A DNA stretch of 64,000 nucleotides from the human T2T-CHM13v2.0 reference genome, Homo sapiens. The notes beneath the pieces are model-generated. The model did not search any database and was not told the origin of the DNA. It saw only the letters and a list, made by a program, of their open reading frames with translations. Shown one piece after another: positions 1-12,149 of the stretch. The position numbers and the translations under genes are program-made. The stretch lies in assembly GCF_009914755.1 (NCBI RefSeq), contig NC_060926.1. One strand, 5' to 3'. Numbering within the stretch: position 1 is the first letter of the stretch; each line of letters starts with the position of its first letter.

Positions 1-269
1 ATATGCAGGTAACTTTAATGTCAGTTTAGAGCTATCCCTCCTGTAAGATTCAGGTAACTTGTTCATCACGTTTTCTTTCTCCTGATGAAAGATGGAATAT
101 TTCAGTCTTTGGAGTTCGTAAACTTTCAAAAATTTGTAACGGTCAGTGTATTAATTCACTTGTCTTTTTCCCTGCTAACAGTTCTTGTATGCTTACTATG
201 CATAATAACCCGAATTTTTAGATTCTTTATTTCTCTACAATATATTAGGGATATGGAAAGCAATAACAA

Positions 270-500
270 CACAACAAAAACAACAAGTATTTATTGAGTG
301 CTAAATATGGCCCATGTACTTTATATGGGTTATATCATTTAATCCTCTCAGAAAATCCAAGACAGGTCCTTTACAGTCCCATTTTAGAAATGAGCAAACT
401 GAGGCCTGGAGAGGTGAGATAATTTTATCTATGGTCAGGTGGTTAGTAAGTAGCTGAACAAATCACTGACTTTAAAGTTCTTAAGCATGAAGATATGCTG
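270..500 (-). mobile_element. MIR SINE
   Basis: Antisense MIR core: 'cccattttagaaatgagcaaactgaggcctggagaggt' and 'tttattgagtgctaaatatggccc'. Confidence 0.75.
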
Positions 501-837
501 CCTCCCATGCATAGTTCAAAAAATCGTAAAGGTTCATTAGGGAATTTAGGTAGAAATGTTTTCTGAAATGTTTCACCAAAAACTATCCAAGCAATTTATG
601 TTTCATTTAAAAAACAACAGTTGAATACTTAGTGAGAGAGTTTGAAGGAAGACTCAGTTGAGTTAAACATGGATTCTACTCTGAAGGTCCTTACAGTCCA
701 GTAAAAAAACATCACACTTGCCCATAGCCAGGAAGTAGCTGATGATGCAAAAGAGGCAGGCAGTTAATGTAGCCAACCTGATAGCTGAGGTCAGGGGTTT
801 CTCTTTTCATTTTCTGCAAAATTCACATAATATTTTA

Positions 838-985
838 AAAATAGCTTTAATGAGGTCTAATTGATATAAAATAAATTACATATATATAAAGTACACAATT
901 TGATAAGTACACACACACAATTGTAGTTATGATTTGTATTTTTCTGATGACTAAAGATGTTGACTATCTTGTCATGGCACTGAGG
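838..985 (-). mobile_element. Old L1M fragments (3' end)
   Basis: 'atagctttaatgaggtctaattgatataaaataaattacatatatataaagtacacaattt' and 'tttttctgatgactaaagatgttgactatctt' resemble antisense L1M. Confidence 0.55.
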
Positions 986-1727
986 TTTTAATACATAATG
1001 TAATACTTTCTATACATTGACTGAGAGGAAGGTATGTACCCCTAAAATATGCTTTATTGTTAGAAACTTTGCTGGTTACATAATCAAAGAGGAGTTATGG
1101 TGAAACAATATTATTAACTATGGATAAAATGACACCAAAATTCCAGAAAATATAAAATATGCAACTCAACAAAAACTTGAGTTCTTACAAAAGGAAACTA
1201 TAAAATACCAAGCTTTTACTTTCAACTGGTGCCTGAGAATTTCCTCTGCTACCACACGCTGGTGGACCTACTCATGTTTTCTGAACTGCATTGAGATGCA
1301 ACAACTATTACCTGTTTCTTTCTTTTTCTTGACTGTTCTCCCCTAAATTCCTAGACGACACCATTAACAATTTAAATCAAATTGGTTAAAATATCTATTA
1401 CCTAACCTAATAAGGTCACTGTAGTTTTTTTATTTTTTATTTTTAAAAAAGCTCTAAACACTGAATAAATAAATGTTTTGTGACAACACGGATTCATAAA
1501 CTAGAGGGAGATTTTTTTGTACACTATATATGGAGACATTTCTTGCTAAAGTTTGCCCAGTCTAGCCTCCTGGGAAAGTAAGTACTGTATTAGCAGGAAA
1601 TACATCTTTTCAATTGTCCGCTCTGGTTGGAAGATTAGATAATATGAACACTTGATCTCCTTATAATCAATTCAATTTAATTTAAGAACACTGTTGTGTA
1701 CTGTGTGAAGTGCCTCAGGTAAAACTT

Positions 1728-1920
1728 GAGTTTATTGAGCATTATGTACAAAGCTCTCCTTCCAAACACTTTGTATGTGTCATTACTAATACTAGCAATA
1801 GCCATTTTACGGGTGATAAAGCCGAGTTCAATCTGATTCAGTAACTTGGCCAAGATTCCATGGAAGAGCTCATGTGAAATTCTAGATTTGGCTGTTTCAA
1901 AACCTTTGCTCTTTTCACTG
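1728..1920 (-). mobile_element. MIR SINE
   Basis: 'tttattgagcattatgtac...ccattttacgggtgataaagccgag...agtaacttggccaag'. Confidence 0.6.
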
Positions 1921-2964
1921 GGCTAGGCCCCAAGACACCTCCCAATGCTTTGTGAATGATTAAACATTGTAGGGATCACGTTCTATATGATAGTACTTGC
2001 CATAGACCTCATTTAATTGTATGTCATTATTTGAAGGGTGAAGTATAATTTTATGCAACTGAGATATCATAAAGTTGTATAAACTGTGCCATAATTTTCA
2101 TGTTGGAATTCAATTTAAGATTTCCATGTATTTGTTTTTTTTCTTTCTTGATTAAGGCTTACTAACCCTCTGCTCTTGATCCAAATCTGCAAATACATAA
2201 AACAGAAAGTACGAGGGCCCCCAGAAACCTCTCTCTGATTGCTAGTGGCTCATTGGAAGAATATCACTCTAAGATTTTGCAGTCTGATTCTGTGGTACAA
2301 GGTCTTCAAAGCTGACAATCAGTACCAGATTCTATCAAATTATCATATTCAACTTAAATTATCTCTTTTACTACAACTCACCTTCATAATTTCAAAAATG
2401 TGTACCCTGCTCTGAGCAAGCTATGCATTGATCATTCACTATGAGTGAATGTCTTGTTTTTCAGAAGGCTTATGTGGAAAGAGTGTGTTAGGAGGAGAGT
2501 CACACCAATGTGGCTAAAAGAAGAAAGATTAAGTATCTTTTAAAAACATAATAATATAATATAAAAATATTATGGTATCTTTAAAGATATAATAGATGAT
2601 ATGGATAGTAAAAAGATGTATAGCAAAGCAGTTCAAATGAACAAAAGATAAGGCTATAGGAAGGTTTGATGATAAAATGTAAAGAAATACAATTGAAATA
2701 GCAGTAACTTCACTTATATGTTTTCATTTTAATGTACAATATTGTAATGACGGAAACCAACAGTCACCTGGTATCATTTCACAGTCTTATGAACCTCGGA
2801 AACACATTGTGTTTACTGTCATAGTATACTTTTCTCTAAGAAATCATCTGTGAAGCAGCTGAGGTTTTAACAAATGACAATCATGTAATTAATACAAATT
2901 ACAATTTCTCTAGCCTACATTTCTACAAATCCTGCTGTTTACTATTGTGTAGAGAATATAAGTG

Positions 2965-3100
2965 TGAGACAGGCACACCTGAGTTTAGATACTAGCTGTG
3001 AGAGCCTGAGAAAGTAATTCAGCATGACTGACAAAAGTTTCCTAGTCTGTAAAATGAGGGTTGTTGTGAGGCTAACTGGATTAATGTATTTAAAGTTATT
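2965..3100 (+). mobile_element. MIR SINE
   Basis: 'agtttcctagtctgtaaaatgagggttgttgtgagg'. Confidence 0.6.
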
Positions 3101-4504
3101 CATGAAGATGAAGAGCAGTCAGATCCTCTGAAATAATCATCTGAAAACAAAAAATGACTATGTGAACAACATTGATGGAAGAATAGACCACTGCCAACCC
3201 ACAAATATAAAATATTTAGTTCTTTTTATAAATGCATGATACTTGACATAATAAAAAGTTATGGTCTGAACTTGAGAAACCTAGAGATTATTTGATATAA
3301 AAATAAAAGAATTGGCTTAGACTTAAATTCAAGAGCCAGAGATGGTGCTATTCATCTTCTTATCTCCGTTACTTTTTACTTTACCTGCTATGTGGAGATA
3401 CTTGGTAAATGTTCCTTAATTGAATGAACAATTGCATGACTAAACTTTCTAAGGTTTGTTCCAACATCAACAGACTGCTTTTATAAGATGACGGGAAAGA
3501 GTGTGTTGCATAAACACTGTTTTGTTGTGTTAGGGCACATGTATTAAAATATCAACTGCTGGTTTAGCAAGAGACCTTGGTATTTATGTTGAAATAGGAA
3601 GGCTGCATATTTCATTTTGTATATATTTTTGTTAATAAATATTTATAACATTCATATTCTACTCATCAAGGAATTTTCTGAGGCAAAGGAACAGGATTGC
3701 GAGGAGGTCTCAGTAATGTGAGGCTCGCTTTATTGCACTAGTGAACTAGCAGGCTCCATCTAGAATATATTTTTAAAATTTTTAATAATAGCAGTGGAAA
3801 ATAAAGAATGATTCTTTGTGTTCTTTGGGACTCTTTATGTTTGTAACTTAGGAGCCCTTACTGGCTGAATTCTGTGGTACTACTGCCAAGAATTTTGCAG
3901 ACTGCACAAGCATTTTCATTTACTGAAATGTTAATGTCTTAATTTAAAATCTACCATCATACTTAATTTAGTGGCGTTAATGGCCTCTACCGTTCACTTT
4001 TAAAATGCCACCTAATTCAGAATTATTTTCTAACTTCTTATTTTACATATAACTGAACTCCCGTAGGATTGGGTGAAGTCTCTTGAGAGCAGCTCACTGT
4101 GGGCGTGCGGCAAGAGATCAACATTTATCTCAGCTGCTTATATGTGGTCTAAGTGGATTTGGTAGTGCCAGAACAATGTGACTGCCAGGACCCAGAAACT
4201 AATGCTTTCCTTGCCTAATAAGTAATTTTTTTGAAGTCTCCTATCTGTTTCTCAATGACTAAATCCTGTAAGGTATATAACAGACTACTCATATTGGTTT
4301 TCTCTGAGTGGCAGTTTTAAGGGTAGAGGAACATTACTTCTTACCTTACATATTTCTGTATTGTTTGATTTTTTAATAAGCACTTTTTATGTATTTCATA
4401 TTTAATCCTCATGATTTGAATATTTAAAAAATATAAAAAGTAAAAAGTTAACCTCCCCACTCTATCTTCCATTCACTAAATCTCCTCACTTTTCCCCAGA
4501 AACA

Positions 4505-4705
4505 TATGTATAAGCAAATATATACTCTCTATATACAAATACTATTGTATTACATATACTATAATATATACTATCTATATATACTCATTTGTATATATAA
4601 GCAAATATATACATCCTAAATACTATCATATTATATATACTATAATATATATTCTGTATAAATATACTCATATGTGTATATATATATAAGCAAATATATA
4701 CTCTA
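4505..4705. repeat. TA-rich degenerate tandem repeat, ~87-bp period, ~2.2 copies
   Basis: 'tataagcaaatatatac' recurs at about 4509, 4596 and 4684; 'atatactataatatata' occurs twice. Confidence 0.75.
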
Positions 4706-4850
4706 TTTTTCTCATTTTTCACACAAAAGGTAGCAAACAGTGCATATGGTTCTCCATCTTGTGTCTTTCATTAAAAATGTCTTGGAGGTTTGTACTGTTT
4801 ATCAATATACTATGTGGTACATCTTCACTCTCTATGTATTTCTTTCTTCC

Positions 4851-5155
4851 TTTTTTTTTTTTTTTTTTTTTTTTTGAGACAGAGTCTCACTCTGTCGCCC
4901 CGGCTGGAGTGCAGTGCTGCGATCTCTGCTCACTGCAACCTCCGCCTCCTGGGTTCAAGCGATTCTCCTGCCTCAGCCTCCTGAGTAGCTGGGATTACGG
5001 TGACCACCACCACGCCCAGCTAATTTTTTGTACTTTTAGTAGAGACGGGATTTCATCATGTTGGCCAGGCTGGTCTCCATCTTCTGACCTCGTGATTCAC
5101 CCACCTCGGCCTCCCAAAGTGCTGGGATTACAGGTATGAGCCACCTCGCCCGGCC
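4851..5155 (-). mobile_element. AluS
   Basis: Poly-T plus full antisense Alu; TSD ctctatgt(a/g)tttctttc on both sides. Confidence 0.95.
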
Positions 5156-5324
5156 CCCTCTATGTGTTTCTTTCTAAAGCTGCATAATATTCAATTACAT
5201 GGATGCATCATGATTTATTTAACTAGTTTCATATTGATGAATACTGGATTGTTTCTAATCTTGCTATTACAAGTCATGCTGCAATAAGTTACCTTGACCT
5301 TGACCTGGGTCATTTTTTAATGAA

Positions 5325-5623
5325 TTTTTTTTTTTTTTTTTGGAGACACAGTTTCACTCTGTCACCCAGGCTGGAGTGCAGTGGTGCGATCTCGACTCAC
5401 CACAACCTCCACCTCCCAGGTCAAGCGATTCTCGTGCCTCAGCCGTCTGAGTAGCTGGGACTACAGGCATGTGCCACCACACCTGGCTAATTTTTGTATT
5501 ATTAGTAGAAATGGGGTTTTCCCATGTTGGCCGGGCTGGTCCCAAACTCCTGATCTCAGGTCATCCGCCCGCATCGGCCTCCCAAAATGCTGGGATTACA
5601 GGTGTGAGACACCGTGCCTGGCC
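5325..5623 (-). mobile_element. AluS
   Basis: Full antisense Alu with poly-T; TSD-like attttttaa(a)tga. Confidence 0.95.
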
Positions 5624-7329
5624 ATTTTTTAAATGATTTTTAAATTTTTATTTTAATTGACAAATGATAATTGTATATATTTATGGGGTACAATGTGATG
5701 TTATGAGATATATACATGCACACACGAGATGATTAAATAAATCTAACTATTAATAATAGGTCATTTTATGTGTTAAGTATATTCACAGGATAGAGTCATT
5801 GAAAAGTGCCTCTTGGGTCAAGGATAAGCACTTATAAGACTGACAGATCTTGCCAAATTACCTTTCATAGAGTCTTACCAATGTATAATACCATAAGTTA
5901 GATTGTCAAAACTTTTAGATTTTTGAAAATGTGACAAACATATTCATATTACTGCCCATGTTTCTATTGGGTTGTTGATTTTTAAAATCTTATTTATTTC
6001 TAGTGGTGCTTTGTATATAAGGGATATTAGTACTTTGTGACATGAGTTGAAAATACTTTTCCCAGTTTGTCATTTGTCTTTTAACTTTGATTATGGTGAT
6101 TTTGTTTCTTTGCCACACAGACATTTTTTATTTTAACATAATTGAATTTATCATTTTTTTTAATGGCTTATATATTTTAAGTCACATTTACAAGGACCTT
6201 CCAAGGTTATAAAGACATTTTCTCATAGTTTTCCTCTAGTAATTTTAATTTGGTTTTTCACATTTAAATATATGATGTCTTTGTAATTTCGTGTATAGTG
6301 TATAGATCCAGTTTTATTCCAGATGGCTGCCTAGTTACAGCCTGCCTAGAACTAGGCTAACTTGTTACAACTAGTTCAATACCATATATTGAATAGTCAG
6401 TCTCTCTTTTCCCTAGTGATTTGCAATGTCACCTTTATTGTATACAAATTCCTGCGTGTATCTGGGTTTATATCAGAACATTTTCATCTGTTCTATTGAT
6501 CTGTATGTCCATTTATGGATCAGTCTCACATTGTTTTAACTACTGAGGCTTTATAATGTGTTTTAATACTTGATAGGGCTAACCATTCCACATTCTCCCT
6601 CACACATATACATTTGAGAAATCTCTTGCCAAATTTGAAAGGGAAAAAAATGGTATTTTTTACTGGAATTGTGTTAAAATGTTAAATTAACTTAGGGAGA
6701 TATGACATTTTAACAATTTTTATTTTTCCTACCCAGGTATGTTCTTTCTATTTATCCAAAGCTTGTTTGGGTTCCTTGGTTTTATTTTAAAGTTCTCTGC
6801 ATATAGGGCATACACATTTCTTGTTAAATTTGTTCCCAAGTATTTTATTTTTTCTATTGCTACTTTAAATAAGGTCCTTCATCCTTATATCCTCCAGTAG
6901 GTTATTATTTGCACATATAAGATTGATTGGTTTCTGTATATTAATTTTCCACCTTTATACTTTACTGAATTGTCTTATTGTTCATAATAATTTTTCAGTT
7001 GAGTCTCTTGGGTTTAAAATCGGAGTCACATCATCTACAAATAATGAAAATATTTTTCTTACTTTCCTATTTTTATACTTGAAGTTTTATAATGCCAAGT
7101 CATGATTGCTAGTACCTTCAGTAAAATTTTACATAGTAATTATGATAGTGAGCACCCCGTCTATTCCTAACTTTATTGGGGCTACCTCTAGACTTTCCCC
7201 ATCAAGCATAATGCTGGCTAGATGTGTTGTATCATGTTAAAGAAGTATGCATCTGTTTCTATTTTATTGAGTGCTTTTTACCAAGTTGTTGAAATCATGA
7301 GCATTTTAATAAACACCAACAAGAATAAA

Positions 7330-7520
7330 GCTACTCTTCTGATCTTTCTGTCTTCCCACCATCTGATCTCTTATTGTTGTTTCCCACTGGCTGGCCCTAA
7401 TCAGAATCCAGAAAGGAAGGGAGTCCATAAGGGGTCAGCTTCCCAGAGCATAGAGCAGGACAGAGAAGGGTAGAGAGTAGATCTGGAAGTATAGACAGGG
7501 TATAGCTGTCGGCTATATAT
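7330..7520 (-). mobile_element. ERVL LTR fragment (LTR16-like)
   Basis: 'ccctaatcagaatccagaaaggaagggagtccataaggggtcagcttcccagagcatagagcaggacagagaagggtagagagtagatctgga' resembles the LTR16-family consensus in reverse. Confidence 0.5.
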
Positions 7521-7674
7521 GGAAGCCAATAGCAGACAACAAAACAGCCTCTGTCTTTATTAGTTGAAAACAAAACATTATGGGTGGCAAAAGCAATTTT
7601 CCTGAAGCTGGTAGCATTATCTTTGTTCATTAAAAAAAAGTGAAAGAAAAGTGTGGGGTCTTAGTCTTAGGTAT

Positions 7675-8013
7675 TTTATTTTATTTTTATTTATTTATTT
7701 ATATATTTATTATTTATTTATTTTTGAGACAGAGTCTCACTCTGTCTCCCAGGCTAGAGTACAGTGGTGCAATCTTGGCTCACTGCAACCTCTACCTCCC
7801 GGATTCAGTCAATTTTCATGCCTCAGCCTCCCAAGTAGCTAGGACTACATACAGATGAGCACCACCACGTCCGGCTACTTTTTTTATTTTTTGGTAGAGA
7901 TAGTGTTTCACCATCTTGGCCAGGCTGGTCTCGAACTCCTGGCCTTGAGTGATTCTGCCCACCTCGGCCTCCCAAAGTGCTGGGATTACAGGCGTGAGCC
8001 ACCATGCACAGCC
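7675..8013 (-). mobile_element. Alu with (TTTA)n tail
   Basis: Full antisense Alu; TSD ttaggtattt. Confidence 0.95.
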
Positions 8014-8509
8014 AGTGTTAGGTATTTATATATGGAAAGCTAGTTGTACTAACCTTTTCTAGATCTAATATATTGCATTTCCTGGTCTTAAACTCACATT
8101 CAGGATTGAGCTTTTTGAATGTAATTTCCCCTACATCTACTACCTTATTTTTAAAATCTTGCACTCCTTCCTTAGGCCTAAAAATAGTGTGCTAGTGTGG
8201 TAGATATTAGGTCAATTGTCAGCACCAGAACTAGACACTTTATGTTCTTGGAAGGATCTAGCAGAACACACCCACTTTACTGGCACCTTGGCCAGTCTCT
8301 GGGCATGTTCCATTCAGGCCTGCCTTGGATGCCCCCAGACATCAGCAGGGCTGGCTTTGGGGGCAGCAGTTTCACCTGACTATATTGTGCGATGCCCTCC
8401 CTGAAGGGCTGGTTGCCTTCTGCCAGAATTTGGAAACTTCTGAACTCCACAGCAATCCTGCCCGTCTACTGCACAGGCTGCATATTTAGGAGGCATCACA
8501 GGTCACAGA

Positions 8510-8685
8510 TAGAACTGCCAGGTAAAATACAGGACGCCCCGTTAAATTTGAATTTCAGATAAGAAATAATTTTGGGTATATGTATATCCCAAATGTTGCA
8601 TGGAACATATTTATACCAAAAAATTATTTGTTGTTTATGTGAAATTCAAATCCAACTGGGCATCCTGTATTTTTCTTTGTTAAAA
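8510..8685. mobile_element. MER53 palindromic hAT-type MITE
   Basis: 'tgccaggtaaaatacaggacgccccgttaaatttgaatttcagataa...tgaaattcaaatccaactgggcatcctgtattttt' matches the MER53 consensus as I recall it; self-complementary. Confidence 0.9.
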
Positions 8686-9090
8686 AGAAAAAAGAGCTTA
8701 TCACAGAGCTCTTCCCAAAATAATCCTCCACTATGCTTCCTGCCACTACCTGCCCTCCCAGCTCCACAGTTCCTCCATAAGAACTACATTTATTAAAGTG
8801 TTAAGATAGCCTCGGCAGGATATTAACTATAAAGGTCAAAGTTAAGATTCACTTCTGAGGGCTGCACCTCTAACTTTAACCCGCATCATCAGGGATTCAT
8901 TTACCAGATCAGTAAACTTGTTATTTGGGCACTAAGGACATTTTAGTGATGGTTGAGAGCAAGGGTGGACCATGAAAAGTTTAGATTCTCGTAGATGTGT
9001 GTAGAGGTAGGGCTGGAAGTGGAGGTGGGTTTGGGGGTATGTTAAAGCAATGTATGCAGGAAAGAGAATATTAAAGAGAACTTACACTGA

Positions 9091-9456
<366 letters not shown>

Positions 9457-9468
9457 TCCTTCCCTTCT

Positions 9469-9912
9469 TTAGTTTACACACATAGGCCCCAGGTACAGGG
9501 CATGAGCTAGAGCTGGATCCCAGCTGAATGGAAAGCAGGAGGCGCTATATTGGAAACAACTGCCAAGCAACCAAGGACTGGGGACAAAATAGCCTGGGAG
9601 GAGAAGTAAAACCAGGAAAAAGTTTAAAATTAGGTGCCTGACATTTAAGGGAAAAAGTCCAAAGTTAATCAAGGATGACCGCTTATTGCAAGATTCAAAA
9701 CCTCTAAATGACAAAACTTCTAAAAAAGGAAATGATGATAGCACGGGGAACCCTGCTGATCCATCTCCCTGCCCAAATACTTCTCCATTCCCAACATCTG
9801 TGCAGCCATGTGCAGCAGAGACAAACAGCAGCAGCACTCCACCCCCAAGCTTTGAGAACCGCAGAGCTGTGGCTGACACAGTGGTCCTATCTCTGTGAAG
9901 TACACAAACCAT
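9469..9912 (-). other. 147-aa ATG-initiated ORF in unique sequence, coding status unknown
   Basis: ORF track; strong Kozak context (ggtATGg); two hydrophobic stretches; no domain recognised. Confidence 0.12.
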
Positions 9913-10202
9913 ACCACAGCCTTATTTTCTGAGACCATCTCTATGTAACCAGCTTCCCTAAATGCTGTGGCCCAAGAGGCTAACACTTTGGTCAGTCATG
10001 GGGCAATATGGCTGCTCCCACATGGCATCCAAGTCCATGCTTAGAGACTGAAGGGGAGCCAGCCTTGGTAAACCAGGTCTGTGGTCATTTCCCCACCTGG
10101 CATTTTTGAGCTGTACCAAGCAGCCTAGGGGTTCTTACTGCAAGGGCACGCTCAAACCTGACTTGTCCAGACAAGCAGAAGAGTTTTGGGCTCCCAATCG
10201 AG

Positions 10203-10314
10203 CACGGTGGTCAGTCTGTTCCAGTTTGTCTGGGACTTTCCAGGTTTGAACACTGAAAGTTCTACAGCCAGGAAATCCCTCAGTCCCAGGCAAACTGGGA
10301 TGGTTGGTCACCCT
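10203..10314. mobile_element. MER81 (hAT-Blackjack MITE)
   Basis: 'gtctgttccagtttgtctgggactttccaggtttgaacactgaaagt...ccctcagtcccaggcaaactgggatggttggtcaccct'. Confidence 0.85.
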
Positions 10315-10339
10315 GAAGTCAAGACACCTAGGCTTTGGC

Positions 10340-10430
10340 ACCTAAACATCAGTTTCCTCATCTGTAAAATGCTGGGACTGGCCAGTACAGCTTCTGATGT
10401 TACTGCCACATCTAATAGTCCATGATTCAC
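10340..10430 (+). mobile_element. MIR3/MIR fragment
   Basis: 'cagtttcctcatctgtaaaatg...tctaatagtccatgattc'. Confidence 0.6.
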
Positions 10431-10939
10431 TCTCATGCTCCTGACCTTACCCATCTGCAGCCCAACTCCCAAACAAACTTCACTTGATCCAAGATCGAGT
10501 TCATGTAACCTGATAAGCTAATCATTAGTGTGTTAACAGGAGAGGATTATAGGGTTCACAGTTGAATTTTAACAATGGCTCGGGTGGAAGGCATGTGGGT
10601 AGCTGAGTCGTTCTAATGGTGGGAAGTTCAGCTGGGGAGATGGAGTGTATGGCTCTGTGCCATCTGAGAGAAAGATATTTTTAGGCAGGCAGGTTTTGAG
10701 GCAGCCAGCCTGAGAGAGCTGGTTTGATGGGCTGCTTTTAGCTGCACAGCAGGAACAGGCCACAGGCAGGGCAGTCTTGTCTGACTTGAGCCAACTTTCA
10801 CACTATGACCTGAATAAAATCAGCAGTTGAAGCCACAGACTGGAGAAGAAAGGATGTAGTCTGCTGATAGCAATATATATGTATATAATGCATTTGCTTT
10901 GAGCCTGGGTCTGTCATCTATAATACAGATATGTAGCTA

Positions 10940-11240
10940 TGATCCTGGGTAGTTGAGAGTTCAGACTCTGGGATCACCACCTACCAACTCTGTGATATTG
11001 GGCAAGTTGTAGACTGAATAATATGCATTTGCTGATATTTAACCTTTTTGATCTACACACACAGGAATTCCACGTGGTTTAGCCTAATAGCTTACTCTCT
11101 TTTTCCTTGGTTTCCTCATGTGTGAAACGCAGATAGCCACCAAACTTTTCAGGACACTGTGAGGACCAAATGAGAGGGACACATAAGGTGGTCAGAACAG
11201 TCCTAGCCCCACAGTCCATGTCAGTGATGTCAGCCACCAC
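10940..11240 (+). mobile_element. MIR SINE (interrupted)
   Basis: 'ctgtgatattgggcaagtt', 'ccttggtttcctcatgtgtgaaa', 'tgtgaggaccaaatgag'. Confidence 0.6.
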
Positions 11241-11728
11241 CATCCTACTGGTGAAGAGGCAGGCATACAGGGCCATTAGACTCCATCAGCTGAACCTAGG
11301 GTAGCCCAGACTCTTCCTGTCTTCCTGAGACATGGAACATGGATGAACCAAAGTGAATTGGTCACCTTAGCTGAACTGTAGAACTTCATTCTAATCCCAG
11401 GGTGAGGAAAGGGGAGTAGGTTCATACCACAGGTTTTTCAGGTCATTCCAAGACTGAATGTTTGTTTTTCCTCCCAATACAATCAGGTCCTAAGTATAAA
11501 AAAGAGCTTTTTATCATGAGGTTTTGCTCTAACACCATGGAGCCCTTTCTTTAGCCTTACATCTGTCTGTAGCGCCCACACATGGCCGTCTTCTTCAACT
11601 TAACTATATACACACACATACGCATACATTGTGAAGCACATAAGGAACACATGAGACAGCCTCATCATTATCAGATTACAAAAAAGTTACACTGAATTTC
11701 TTCTCTCAATAATTAACAGGGAGCAATT

Positions 11729-11788
11729 CAAAAAGAGGAAACAAAACATATGCTGTGGCATTATCATTATAATTAAATCACATTTATT
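11729..11788 (-). terminator. Candidate poly(A) site: AATAAA plus downstream GU/U-rich element
   Basis: tttatt at 11783-11788 (AATAAA on minus); 11729-11750 reads tatgttttgtttcctctttttg on minus, at the canonical spacing. Confidence 0.45.
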
Positions 11789-12149
11789 AACTGAAGCAAA
11801 TTCACTTGAGCTTTTTATAGGATTCTAGGAAATAGATTCCTTACATATAATGAGGACGTGCATCTTTAGGTCTTTTCATATTTTTCTTCCCTGTAACAGT
11901 CCTATGTTTGGTCTTTTCTCGTCAGGTTCATTCCCTTGACACTAACAGAGAACACTGTAATTCTAAAGTAAAATGATAGCTGGGGAACCATGGATTCCAA
12001 GGCCAGTACCTCCCCATTGTGTGGATCCCACAGATATGAAGTCAGAAATCTAAAAAGAAAGAAAAGAAAAAAACCTTGAACCTGGCTTGGTTTAAACTCT
12101 CTTTAAGCAGCCCTCTTTCACTCAAACGTGAGAAAGTTCAGCTTTCAAC

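Larger units (their letters stand above)
4710..7310 (-). mobile_element. Old L1ME-type LINE (ORF2 3' half/3' end), interrupted by two Alus and an L1MA 3' fragment (~5640-5750)
   Basis: T-rich antisense L1 motifs: 'ataatattcaattacatggatgcatcatgatttatttaac', 'gtcacctttattgtatacaaattcc', 'ttttcagttgagtctcttgggttt', 'ctttccccatcaagcataatgctggct'. Confidence 0.75.

Noticed and set aside
4759-5632. ORFs with Alu-type translations (also at ~9115, 19198, 23426, 26158, 38680, 39527, 40244, 48061, 55669, 59225)
   Set aside because: They are open frames through Alu elements (for example [28 protein letters not shown]), not genes.
10203-10314. MER81 hairpin as a miRNA candidate
   Set aside because: The palindrome is intrinsic to MER81 and this copy is heavily diverged; no mature miRNA recognised.
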